DNA of 63,814 nucleotides. Origin: Felis catus (taxonomy: Eukaryota). Shown here piece by piece: positions 24,398 to 36,197 of the stretch; within the stretch, counting starts at the first letter, position 1, and each line of letters starts with the position of its first letter. The notes below the pieces were generated by a model. That model saw only the letters and a program-made list of their open reading frames with translations. It ran no database searches and was not told the origin of the DNA. The stretch spans positions 49,290,001 to 49,353,814 of the forward strand of contig NC_058368.1 of assembly GCF_018350175.1 (NCBI RefSeq), read 5' to 3'. The position numbers and the translations under genes were made by a program.

Positions 24398-24633
24398 GGG
24401 GTGCCTGGGTGGCTCAGTTGGTCAAGTGTCTGACTTAGGCTCAGGTCATGATCTGGGTTCGGGCCCTGCATGGGACTCTGTGCTGACAGCTCAGAGCCTG
24501 AAGCCTGCTTTGCATTCTAAGTTTCCCTCTCTCTCTGCCTCTCCCCTACTCATTCTAAGTTTCCCTCTCTCTCTGCCTCTCCCTTACTCATAGTCTTTCT
24601 CTCTCTCTCTCAGATAAACAAATTTAAAAAAAG
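24398..24633 (+). mobile_element. Can-SINE with an internal 38-bp duplication
   Basis: Head ggggtgcctgggtggctcag; cattctaagtttccctctctctctgcctctccc twice (24513, 24551); TSD core ttattgag. Confidence 0.95.
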
Positions 24634-25287
24634 GTTATTGAGCATGAGTAGAAAAATATTAAAAACATGATCTATCAAGTTTTGCTAAGGTAGATTTTAT
24701 GTGCTGAAATAGTACACATTTTAATTTAATAAAGATGCTATATTCATGCAAATGGATACTAAATATGGAGGCAAATTAATAAGTTCTACAGAATAAAAAT
24801 AAAATTTGAAAACACCAGTAATTTTTATATCATTTTACGGAAAGCAGCTGATGATCAATGTCAAGAATCCTAACTTCATTTCTAGAGGCAGACAACTTGA
24901 AAGAATATATATTCTACAATAAATCTATGCCTAGATCATTGGTTTAGGGCCACATTTCCTAAGTTGGATCTAAGAGGATTCAGGCATCTTGAGCCCTATT
25001 CAGCAGAGCTAAGACATAAACAGACACAAAGCCTATGTGCTTCCTGCCATGCTGTAGCCCATATACTAAAATCTCTGCCTATGATTCCATACCATGTGCT
25101 CTCTCACTTAGATTTCTCAAACCATTTAAATGTGCAAATAGTAGGATAGCTAGTTCATAGTTTCTTCATTACCAACCATCTATCTAACATGCTGAGCTAT
25201 AAAACGAGAAGACCTAGCACATGCCCTCAAAAAGCTCTGAATTGCAACCAATCAGGGATTAGGAGTTGGAAAATCTTGTCATCCAAG

Positions 25288-25419
25288 GGAGTCTGCAGCT
25301 TCAATCAGAAGATGGCAAAAAAATGATGTCAATATCCAAATGGCAAAGCACGTTTTACAACATCTCTGAAGAATTTTAAACAATAATCAAGAATCACTTT
25401 TTCAGGCAGCATCAAAGTG
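25288..25419 (+). pseudogene. Candidate pseudo-exon (132 nt, one TGA)
   Basis: cttgtcatccaag| ... |gtataa; ESAASIRRWQKNDVNIQMAKHVLQHL*RILNNNQESLFQAASK, with amphipathic-helix periodicity. Confidence 0.5.
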
Positions 25420-25835
25420 GTATAAATGTTATTAAATTCGTCCTGTAAGAAGAGTCATGCAGTTAAACATTCACATCCAACTGTGTTGAGGAGGAGAGAG
25501 AAAAAAGCGAAAGGGATGTGTACTTTTCTAGCCACCAAATTGATAGTCTGTCCTCTTAGCTCCTTGGCTTAAAGGGTCTCTAGGAGGTGTTTATCTTGTG
25601 AACTCCTATATTTCATTTTCATTAAAGTTATACAGTGAGCATTAATTGACTATCTTCCCTCTGCCTACTGGGAATATGTTATTGTGGTTATTTCTATTGT
25701 GTAGCAATAACCATGCACATGTTACAACCCTCACTCATGTACAGTGAGGTTGTTTACATTTAGAGAGCAGTCAGGAAACTAAAAAAAATTACAAAGTCAC
25801 TTGTCAAAGGACGTGGCTTTTAATTCTCTTTTAAG

Positions 25836-25957
25836 ATAAATATTGCAAGGGGTTACGGTGGAAAATACCTCAATCTACCCCTCTTTATGGAGTTGACATA
25901 AGACGCTTTTTCTAAAGGGAGTCAATTTTTAAGATGTGGCCCACTCTCTTTAGAGAA
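25836..25957 (+). pseudogene. Candidate pseudo-exon (122 nt)
   Basis: ttaattctcttttaag| ... |gtaaaa; INIARGYGGKYLNLPLFMELT*DAFSKGSQFLRCGPLSLE (another frame is also plausible). Confidence 0.4.
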
Positions 25958-26021
25958 GTAAAAACAACAAAGCAACCCTGAAATATAGGTGGGGAATTAG
26001 TATTAGAATTAGTATTAAAAT

Positions 26022-26223
26022 GGGGTGCCTGGGTGGCTCAGTTGGTTAAGCACCCAACTCTTGATTTCAGCTCCGGTCATGATCTCATGGTTTGTGGGAT
26101 GAAACTCTGCATCAGGCTCTGTGCTGACAGTGCGGAGCCTGCTTGGGATTCTCTCTCTCCCTCTCTCTCTGCCCCTCCTGCATTTAAGCTCGCTCTCTCT
26201 CTCTTTCTCAAATAAAATAAACT
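26022..26223 (+). mobile_element. Can-SINE
   Basis: Full head/body/tail; TSD core ttaaaatggg. Confidence 0.95.
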
Positions 26224-26303
26224 TTAAAATGGGCTTTATTCCCAAAGTCTGTAAAGTAGTTGTTCAAAGTAACTGCTTTTCCCCATATAATTCTATGCAT
26301 AAG

Positions 26304-26427
26304 GGATAATGTTGCTAAAACAATGCACAAAATTGACCCAACTATTAATTTAGTTGAAATGGAGCCTGAGATCTATGTCCTGGGATCAGACCCAACCGTG
26401 CAGGGAGGGTGGGAGAAGAATGACAAA
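26304..26427 (+). pseudogene. Candidate pseudo-exon (124 nt, stop-free)
   Basis: ttctatgcataag| ... |gtaaag; DNVAKTMHKIDPTINLVEMEPEIYVLGSDPTVQGGWEKNDK. Confidence 0.5.
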
Positions 26428-26539
26428 GTAAAGCCTCTTTTCTTATCACTAGAGCAGAGATGAGCCTCAAAAAGAGTTTTGAAACAGGCAAGTTGTGTCT
26501 TGGAAGTTTCCTCACCTTGCTTTTTATATTGCTCCTCAG

Positions 26540-26620
26540 TACTTGGTGTCTCTCTACTGCCAACCATGCGCCCAGGGCTTGCTGTTGTTCAGGTTCCCTC
26601 CCCAATCCTCACTCTCAGAG
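26540..26620 (+). pseudogene. Candidate pseudo-exon (81 nt, stop-free in two frames)
   Basis: tttatattgctcctcag| ... gag|gtaact. Confidence 0.45.
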
Positions 26621-26814
26621 GTAACTTACTTTATTTTCCTGAAACCACATTTCAATTTCTTTGTACAGTAGTCCTTGGGTAGGAGTTAGAAAAAAAAAGA
26701 AAATTTTAACTTAAACCTCTGTGTGTCATTTTCCTCTGCTGCAAGACAGCAACGGACCTTTGCCCAAATCACATGATGGTAATGAGGAGTAACATTTAAA
26801 ATATATAATACAAA

Positions 26815-27021
26815 GGGGCGCCTGGGAGGCTCAGTCTGTTAAGCACCTGACTCTTGATTTTGGCTCAGGTCAAGATCTCATGGTTTGTGAGTTTGAGCCC
26901 TACATCGGGCTCTGCACTGACAGTGTGTAGCCTGCCTGGGATTCTCTGTCTCCCTCTCTCTCTATGCCCCTTCCCTGCTGGCTCACTCTCTCTTAAAAAT
27001 AAACATAAATTAAAAAAAATT
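26815..27021 (+). mobile_element. Can-SINE inserted in a MIR
   Basis: TSD aatatataataca on both sides; MIR-like flanks at ~26710-27090. Confidence 0.95.
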
Positions 27022-27395
27022 AATATATAATACATGAATGCATGGCGTTAACTAAATTGCCAGCTGAATGTTAGGTATTATCTTATTGAACTAATTTACA
27101 CAAATGTGTGAAGGACTTGTAGCCCGTTAATACTTTAAAAATTATATATACTTTAATCAGTGAATGATAACTAACCCTAATTAATCTCTAATTGGGAAGA
27201 TTTCAGGTAGTGTTAAAAGCACTTGTCAAAGAGTTAATAATTTGGAATAAAGGTACTCTGGCAAAGGGATCATCCAGGCAGCCAGCCCCACAGAGTCTGC
27301 CAAAGTCAGGGTCCCAGAGGTCATCTTAATTTCTCAATATTTTCCTTATCTTTCCCTTCTATTTCTTCTTGAAATACAGATATACAGATCGATTT

Positions 27396-27396
<1 letters not shown>

Positions 27397-27457
<61 letters not shown>
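27397..27457. repeat. (TG)n(TA)n compound microsatellite
   Basis: Directly visible. Confidence 0.95.
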
Positions 27458-28105
27458 AAACCTTACCCACCTGGCAACTCTATCATCTCTGGTATGATAG
27501 CTCAAAATTTTCAGCTACAGAAAATGATTCAAGTCCATAGTTTCTCCAATGTGGGAAAAAGTAACTCATTTTCTTGCTGAAAAATAGCATATAATCTAAG
27601 TCTGCATCTTAAGAAGCATGAGTGATGATCAACTACAGAACTTGTTTAGAAAACGTTTTAGAAAAAAAGGTTATATGTAAAGGTATGTGAGAGTGCCCTC
27701 TACAGGAAGGTCAAAGAGACAAAGACTTTCACTGGATTGAGAACTAGACTAGTTTCGTGATCATAGTGTGTCTCTGCAGTTTTTCACAGTAGAATAATGG
27801 TAAGGATAATTTGATTGTATGCATTAGGATAAAAATATTTCTCCTTACCATATCTTCTCACACCAAAAAAGCCTTGAAGTTGTCAAGACATGTAGTAAAA
27901 GACGTCAGGCATACTATTACAGGTCTTTTACCCACAATGTTCCTTGTTTCAACCCCAGCCACTTATTACCATGCCTGAAATATTCTTGGGACAGGCCAGT
28001 GTTAAGGCATACAAGAAGGCATTAAGAGCACCGAATGTTATCTGACCATTGTCTGCAATGGACCAAGAGTAGAAACCCTGGGCAACTGAAAAGTAGCATG
28101 CCTTC

Positions 28106-28628
28106 TGCATCAGTTAGTTATCACTGCATAACAAACGATTCCAATTTTGGTACCTTAAAATCACAATCACTAATTTGCTCTCAGGTCTGCCATTTGGGCA
28201 GGCTGGGTAGAAATGGCTTGTCTCTTTATAATGTCAGCTGGGTTGCTCAAAAGGCTATACTCAGTGGAAGCTCAACAAAGTGTCAGAATATCCAAGATGG
28301 TGTCACATTCATGTCTGAGGATTTAACTGGATGGCTGGAATGTATAGGACCCCACTGAACAGCTCTCTTTCCATATAGTCTTTCCAGCAAGGTAGCTGGA
28401 TCTCTTTATGGGATGTCTCAGAGCTCGAAGAGAATGAAAGCAGAATTTCCAGACTTCTTAAGGCTTAGTCCTGGCACTGGTACAGTGTTACCTGAATGGC
28501 ATTCCTATATGTTCAAATATCTCACAGATCCAGTTCTGATTCAAAGGGAGGGTAAAGAGATTCCCACCTCTTGATGGGAGGAGCAACAACAAAAAAACCC
28601 CACCTTTAATGACCATCTTTAATCCACA
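28106..28628 (-). mobile_element. MaLR LTR (MLT1H-like)
   Basis: tgcatcagttagttatcactgcataacaaac...ccatctttaatccaca. Confidence 0.75.
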
Positions 28629-28686
28629 ATAATATCCCTGCATGTAAAATTTGGCCGTCACCCCAAATAAAATAGAAAGTAGTTCA

Positions 28687-28913
28687 GGGGAACCTGGGTG
28701 GCTCAGTCAGTTGAACGTCAGACTCTTGGTTTCAGCTCATGTCACGATTTCATGGTTCGTGGGTTCGAGCCCCACATTGGGCTCTGCACTGACAATGCAG
28801 AGCCTGCTTGGGATTCTCTTTCTCTCTCTCTCTCTCTCTCCCTCTCTCTCTCTGCCCCTCCTCTGCTTGTGCTCTCTTTCTCTTTCAAAATAAATAAATA
28901 AACATTAAAAAAA
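28687..28913 (+). mobile_element. Can-SINE
   Basis: TSD agaaagtagttca(g) at 28674 and 28914. Confidence 0.96.
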
Positions 28914-29083
28914 AGAAAGTAGTTCAGAAAGGGAGATTGAGAATGATTTAAGACAATTGTTGCTCTCCCCCCACCCCCAGTTTTGTACACTGCTGGCCAA
29001 GCATAGGGTCTTTTGTCCTATATTTAAATCTGGACATTCACAACTCCTTCAGCATCTATCTGTCAGAACAACAAACTAAAGAA

Positions 29084-29695
29084 CAGCAGTGGCAAACTAT
29101 AGCCCATGCCAATTGTTTTTGTAAATAAAGTTTTTACTGGGACACATCCCTCCCCAGTAATTTATGTATTGTTTATAGTTGTTTTTGTTCTACAACAGCA
29201 GAGTTGAGTAGTTGTGACAAACACTGTGTGGCCCATAAAGCCAAAGATGTTTACTTTATGGCCTTATTGATTTGCTAGGTCTACCTTAAAGTAGCACAGA
29301 CTGGGTAGCTTAAACAACAGAAATTTATTTTCTCACAGTTCTGTAGGCAAGAAGTCTTGAGATTAAGGTGTCATAGGGTTGATTCCTTCAGAGTCATGTG
29401 AGGGAAGAATGTGTTCCAGCCCTTTTGTAGATAGCCATCTACCTATGTCAACTCAGCTTCCTCTGCTTGCCTATGTCAATTTCCTCTTCTTATAAGGACA
29501 CCAGTCATATTAGATTAGGGGATACCCTAATGATTTCATCTTAAATTCATTATCTGCATAAAGGCCCTGTCTCCAAATGAGGTCACATTCCAAGGTACTG
29601 GGGCCTGGAACTTTAACATGTGAATTTGGGTGAAGTATAGGCACAATTCAACCCAGAACAGTGGTCATTTGCAGAAACAGTCTGTTAGTCCCTAG
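29084..29695 (+). mobile_element. MER58A-like hAT MITE, split by an MLT1 LTR
   Basis: ggcaaactatagccc...tttttgtaaataaagtttt...gcagagttgagtagttgtgac...tggcc, resuming after the LTR as tggtcatttgcagaaacagtctg...ccct. Confidence 0.8.
29263..29660 (-). mobile_element. MaLR LTR (MLT1A/B/C-like)
   Basis: cacagactgggtagcttaaacaacagaaatttattttctcacagttctg...cttataaggacaccagtcatattagattaggg...cacaattcaacccagaaca. Confidence 0.9.
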
Positions 29696-29918
29696 AAACA
29701 GAGAAAGAAGGCAAATCCAGCTGTTGGAAGTCTTGGATTCTAATTTCAATTCTGTATCTTACTAGCTGAATCAGTATAAACAAATCACAAGAACTCTTTG
29801 ATTCTTTCTACATTAATAAATTATACTCAGTGGTGCCTGGACTGCACAGCACCTAACGTGATTAGAAGCTCAAATTAGGATGCTGTGCAAGAAGTAGCAT
29901 GAAAAATAAAAGACGTTA

Positions 29919-30073
29919 CATAATATATGTATGTGTATATGTGTATATATATATACACATATACACACACACTATACACACAAATATACATATATATATG
30001 TATACATACTTCGAATAATTTTTTGGCATTTAGGTTATATATACATACTTTGAATAATTTATTGGCATTTAGG
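29919..30073. repeat. TA-rich simple repeat plus a ~39-bp tandem duplication
   Basis: atacatacttcgaataattttttggcatttaggt occurs twice. Confidence 0.85.
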
Positions 30074-30187
30074 TCTGGGGCTTTGTGTGTTTGAATTTGA
30101 GTTTGGTCTCCATTCAGTGGGAAATATATTAGCAGCTTTCTCCTAGTTGGCAAAGAAAGTGACCCCAGTAGTTAAATTTCCTCAGTG

Positions 30188-30249
30188 TTTCTGAATCACA
30201 CAAATTCATCTTGATTTCTGAATCATACAAATTCATCTTGATTTCTGAA
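30188..30249. repeat. 27-bp tandem duplication
   Basis: tttctgaatcacacaaattcatcttga / tttctgaatcatacaaattcatcttga / tttctgaa. Confidence 0.9.
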
Positions 30250-31133
30250 AGCTTCTTTTGCAGATTTTGGCACAATTCCTTCTCCCGTGCACCTCCTACC
30301 AGATTTATTCATTGCTTTGTAGTACTCTTCAGTAACTTCAGCCTGAGAGACTGAGGCTCCAGTTTGATTGAGGTTCAGGACCTTATTTTAATTTCCTCTG
30401 TATATGCTGCCACTAAATAGCACAGCTAATCTCAGACTCCTGCTATGTACCTGAAAGAGTTTCCAGAACTAAACTCCTTCCAAAGCCAGACCCATCCTAG
30501 ATCTCTTTGGTTCTACAACCCTAATCTTCACTTCCATCTCTGTGTTGTACCTCCAACCTCAAAAAAGCAGCTAGAAAACTCACACTTTTCCCTTTGATAC
30601 AAAGCTGCATGAGTCAGATGACCCTAATTGAAGGCAGAGATTCCTAAGTCTCCTATTTGTATCTAGATCTCATAAGACACGCTGTTAGATAAGAGAGCAA
30701 GGATGATTCCAAAGATGAATGTTACTGGTAGTTATTATTGGTAGCTCATTTTTGTGGTTAATTTCCTCTTAGTTTTTTTAAGTAGGAATTAACAAAGAGT
30801 TCTGAAAAAAAAATGTGTGTTTTTATGAAAGGGAGAAAAAATATTCTAAATTAAATGACCATCTAAAGTAGTAAACTCAACTAAAGACTCCCAAAGAGAA
30901 AAATGAGATCAGCTGACCTTAGCAAAACCAAATATTAGTCTTTGGTGGCCATGTGTTTGGATAGATAGCTCCACTCAGCAATACCAAGATAGCGCTCCTG
31001 TTAAATTGTTTTTAATGGAGAAAGATAAGGTGTTGTTAATCTTATCTTGATAAATTATGAAATGCCATGCCAATCTTGTGGCATGTTGGCTTGCTACATT
31101 GTCTTTTTTTTTTCCTATTCTCTGAACTTGAAG

Positions 31134-31429
31134 TTTTCAAACAGATTGAGTCATAGAGCTTGGCAAATTCACTCAGATGGGTATGTGTCACTGTCACTCT
31201 GGAAAAACAGATGAAAGTGTTATACGCCATACACCAAAAGTCACTCATCCACAGAATTTTTCCACTCTGCCACGTATTTGTTGGAGACTGAATGACTAAG
31301 GATCTTGATATCTCCAGGAGATTTGATTTTAAAATTGTTCACTACTCTTAACCCATTTGTATCTGTCTTGACATGTTAGCATTAAAGATACTATACACAC
31401 CCAGTGTTATTAGTGATACGGTGATTCAG
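31134..31429 (+). pseudogene. Two candidate pseudo-exons (31134-31180, 31380-31429)
   Basis: AG...|gtatgt and AG...cag|gtatgg; they splice to FQTD*VIELGKFTQMALKILYTPSVISDTVIQ. Confidence 0.4.
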
Positions 31430-32383
31430 GTATGGTTCTCTTCATTTAAGTGTCACATCAATTGAGAGAAAATGTTTGAATAAAACAAACAAACAAAAAA
31501 ACGAAACAAAACAAAACCAACATCTAGTTTCTTTGACTTCCAGATGAATTTTAACCAATTCATTAAACTTTAACTTGGTGCTACATCTATGTTTTGTTGA
31601 ATTGAAATTTATGGAAAAGATTTAGCCCAAGACAAGCATGAAATTAAAAGTGTAATATGAGCTGAGGTCTCTACTCTATCTTTTTAAAAAAACATAGGAA
31701 GTCTCCAATTATCCAACAGAATAGAATTAATAAAAGTCATATATAATGTCATAATAGATTTTATTCCAATAGAACAACATTATTACCTCTGATTGTAAAT
31801 CACACAAATACTTTCTGGCAACCAAAAGGAAAAAAATTCACACTGTTGATAATTGTGCAGTTTCTCATATACCAAAATATATGAGGAGTATATGTTACTT
31901 GTACCATTAAATTCTTATTATATTATAATGTAGTAATCTAACTTCTCTAAGTGCCTCATTATTTTTCATTTCAACTGCCAAATGCACATATATTTTATGT
32001 TGTTAGTGAATTAAACAGAGAGGCATGCTAAACAGATTGATATTCTGGATTCACTCTGTGATTTAAATGTACTGATTATAGTATAAAATAAGACATGGAA
32101 AAATGTGCTGTTTCCTATAGGTCACACCCAGTGGTTTATAATAAAGGCAATCTGTATTGTGCCTAGAAACATATTGCATGCAAATAACTGGTGTGATAAA
32201 TAATATAATTTCAAGTGAGCGTAGTTGATTATTTGAATCATAATCTCTGAGATACAAACCAAATTCGAGCTAAAATGTCTGAGTAAACTGTGTTGTATAA
32301 CAGCCAGCACAGTGTAATGAGAACATAGCCACTTAATAACTACCCACTATCCCTGGCAATGACAACTATTGGGTGATGACTGG

Positions 32384-32907
32384 TATATCAACTAGCTATT
32401 ACTAGGTAACAAACCATACCAAAACTTAGTTGCTTAAAAAAACTATTTAGCCCCTCATTCTGAGTATTGTCAATTTAGTGTGTGCTCAGTTGAGCTGTTC
32501 TGATCATGGCACAGTCATGTCTTAGAGTCAGATGCAAGCTGGGCCAGTGGTTTTGCTGACCTGGGCTGGGCTCTATCTCTGGGGCCTCAGCTGGGACACC
32601 TGGGCTTACACAGCTCTGATAACTGGTCCCTCATCCTGCAGCAGACTAGTCTGTGTTTGTTCACATAGTCATCATAGGGGCCCTAACAAAGCTGCAAGAA
32701 GCACTTTAGTCACTAAGCACTCTTAGGTGCCTGGGTGTGGAGCTGTTATACCATTACTTCCACTGAATTTCACTGGCTAAGCAAGTCCTGATTTAAGGGT
32801 GGAAAAACAGACTTTATCCCATGAAGAGAGGAGCTGCAAGGTCCCGTGACAAAAGGGATACATCAAAGTAAGGGTAGAGCTTTGCAGCCATTTTTGCAAT
32901 CTCCCAC
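32384..32907 (-). mobile_element. MaLR LTR (MLT1G/H-like)
   Basis: tagctattactaggtaacaaaccataccaaaacttagttgcttaaaa...gcagccatttttgcaatctcccaca. Confidence 0.8.
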
Positions 32908-33939
32908 AAATGGTGACTTACTAAAAGTGCTACTTACTAAGAATCTACTACCTCTTGTTACTAGGACTTGTTAAGGCATCACAAATATTACTGCCAGAGA
33001 CTGGAGAAAGTCCAAATTCTGCCCTATAAATCATATATACCCCCTTTTGTCCCCTGTTATGTGGTTTCAAAGAATCATCACAACGAGAACCACAGCCAAA
33101 TGGAATTCAATTACTATTTCATTGATTACTGATGTAAGGTTCTGATAATCCTTGGTCAGCTGTAGGAGTAGGGACATTAGTAACAGCTGCTGAGTGTGGA
33201 TCTCTAACCTCTCAATCATCAAGTCTCATGGAGAAAAAGATGTGGAAATGAGATTGGCTACCTTAACATAGAAACCTTTATTCACTTGGAAAACTGATTC
33301 AGAGAATATTCTGGACCTCTGACCATCAATATTGGCGACTGTTCCTCTTTTTAGAATATCAGTAGCTAGGAACGGGTGGTCAGAAGTGGGCCTGGCCTGC
33401 CTCTATCACTTCAAATCCTAACACGATGCAAAAATTGATGACAATAATAACAGTAGTAAAGATAGTTTGAAGCAAGGTCTCCTGCCAAAATTTTAGCCTG
33501 ACTAATGCATGTGCTTTGTGCATATCACCAGCTCCATCCAACCCTCCTCACAAAATAATAACCCAATATGTTCATGGTTTTATCCTTTGGGACAAGCTGA
33601 CACACAAACACACTGGTAGCTTCATTAATAACTTGACAACTGCAATAGTGACCTGGCAACTCTTGCTATAGCTTCTCCCTCTTCCATAATTCAATATATA
33701 TAAAGAGACTATCTCATGGTCTAAAGTGACATTTTTCCTGTTTAATCCAGCTTTGTAATTTAACTCTAGAACAGAAAAGTAACCAGAATCCCCGGACTAG
33801 AACCCATAACTGTGTGATCTCAGAGAAGATGGAGGTAACAATACCTTCCCCTCTACTAATTTCTCCTTATTGGACTTACTTAAGCCCTTTGCAATTTGTA
33901 AAAATGTAATTTAAAGCCTCCTCTAACCCCTAATTCTTA

Positions 33940-35140
33940 TGCACTAATCACCTTTCCCCATGTCTTCCTCACAGCATAATTTTACTTTAATCCCTTCCAT
34001 TTCCTCATGGTACACTCATCTGTGAGCACCATAATTCCACCAAACTTCTCCTGCTAAGACCACCAGTGACTTCCATATTATTAAACCCAGTAGAAACTGC
34101 TCTATCCTCATCCTTTGTGACTGCTTGGAAATAATCTGATACAACTAACTCTATTCCTTCTTAGAATACTCTTTGATTTTAGTGTCCCTTCACTTTCCTG
34201 GTTCATTGTTCTCTACCTCATTAGAGTCCTCACCCTCTCTACATCTACTCTTCTGAACCCATCTTCTCTTCAGTCCATCCCCATAACCTCAATTATATCT
34301 GTATGTGGACAACCCCCAAATTGAGCTCCACACCCATATTTCTAACAGTCCACTTTCTCTCCATTTGTATGCTCTAGAGGCAGCTCTTGTCAAACATCTC
34401 AAACTGACCTCATCATTTTTACCCCTAGATTAGCCCCCCTACCAGCATTCTCAAACCAGAAACTGGAAGCCATCCTCAACTTCTCCCTTTCCTGCTCCAC
34501 AACATCCAAACAATCATCTCTGCCTCCTGAAGCCATCCATTTATGCTCATCTCCCCTTCCTCATACTAATTCAAGATGATCTTATTCTTGGCTGGTGCAG
34601 GGCAAGAGTTTTCTAGCTGAACCCCCACCCCATGCCACTGCCTTTTACTCTTACTGCCTGTAATTCATTCTCTACTTTCCTGCCCAGCAGATGTCAATCT
34701 GCGCATGTTAATCCTCAACTTCAAGCCAACTTTCCAATGCTCTTCCATATTGCTTGAGATTAAGTCAGATCCCTGAATAGATGTTGTCAGGTGCTAAACA
34801 GCCTCCCAGTTACCACTCCAGCATCATTTCTTGACATTGCTCCCCTAGCTGTTTACATTTGGCCTTCTTTGGGCTGCTGGATCATTCCTTATTCTCTCAT
34901 CATTTTATATGCTTTTTTTTTTTTTTAATCGGCTGGAATACTCTTCTACCCCATCTTTAGTTTTTTTTTTTCTGGCCCTCCTGATATACGTGCACTTTCC
35001 TATCATTTCTGATTGCTTATTTGATAGCTGTGCTCCCTGGAGATTGTGTGCTTGCTGAAAGCAGGGGTTCTGCTATAACCATTCTGCTTAGTAAGGTGCT
35101 CTACACACAGTAGTTGTTTAATAAATGTTTGTTAACTAAG
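33940..35140 (+). mobile_element. L2 LINE 3' region
   Basis: caccagtgacttccatattattaaacccagt...; ends with L2 tail cacacagtagttgtttaataaatgtttgtt. Confidence 0.8.
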
Positions 35141-35714
35141 AATAGTTATAAACCCTTGGGTTGCCACCCCTCATTTTTAAAGTGGAAATATTCATTCTTG
35201 TCCCTATTCCTGGTATTAGCAATTTCTTGAGGTGTCTAGATCATATAATAATATTTAAGTAAAGGTGAAAGTTCTTTCAAACACAAAGCCTTTTACAAAT
35301 GAAAAGAATATTTTAACAACCTCTATGTACTGTTTACATAAATGACTCAAAGTTTGGGGAAGGACTGAAAAGCCAAATTATCATGAAGGAAAAAAATACT
35401 TGCAAGTTTAAATGACAAAGTCAGCAACCTCATGCATTTCAGTTGGAGGCTTAGCATTACTAATATTACCATCAACTGATTATCTGTATCAGTAATTGTT
35501 ATGCGTTGCCAGGGTCCCTAAGAGCTTTCCACCCAACACCGCATCAGTGCTTAATCACTTGGTTTCCCCTCTTTTATAACTTCTGTTCTCATTTTACAAA
35601 TATTTATTATGAGGCAATCACTGCACCAGGCTATAGGCAGAAAGATAATTATTACATTCTAACCTTTCCACTTGCTATTAAGACTATGGAAACCATCTGA
35701 TATAATGTTGTGCT

Positions 35715-35950
35715 TAAAAGGAAAGAACGTGAGACCACAAAGATATGGCTTTGAATCTCATTTCTGCCACTTAATCCATCGGTGAGCTTCAGCACATTTC
35801 TGTTCATCAGTGTCCTTACTGTTAACATGGGGGAAAGAAAACTATCCCAAACAACTATCAAAACAACTATTAAAATCACCAACAGAATTAAATCAGGTAG
35901 CATTGGAAGCATCTCATAATGTGGTTTGCGTATAAATGCTCAATAAAGTA
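35715..35950 (+). mobile_element. MIR
   Basis: ggctttgaatctcatttctgccactta...catcagtgtccttactgttaacatgggg...aaatgctcaataaa. Confidence 0.65.
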
Positions 35951-36197
35951 GAATTACACATAATAACTCTGTAACAACCCAAAAGGGCAAATACATTGTT
36001 TGAATACTCGACAAAAGAAAACTATTTTAAGTTGCTTTTCACCTCCTCTGAATAAAAGTAACTCCTTTAATAACTTTTCAGTTTCTGTATTTATGCTGTG
36101 AAATACTACTTATCACATAAGTACATCCTCTAGCACAGACAGGTCTTTAATAAAATATTTGATTACCATCAACTATTATCTTAAAAGTTCTTTAGAT

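Noticed and set aside
27467-27576. Minus-strand exon-like segment (tttttcag...gtaagg)
   Set aside because: Stops in the frames checked and no phase-compatible partners found. Kept as a reminder that chance exons occur in this DNA.
33751-33834. Stop-free 84-nt segment with strong AG/GT sites
   Set aside because: Resembles a deleted MIR (ctgtgtgatctc...atggaggtaacaatacct), so probably a chance exon.
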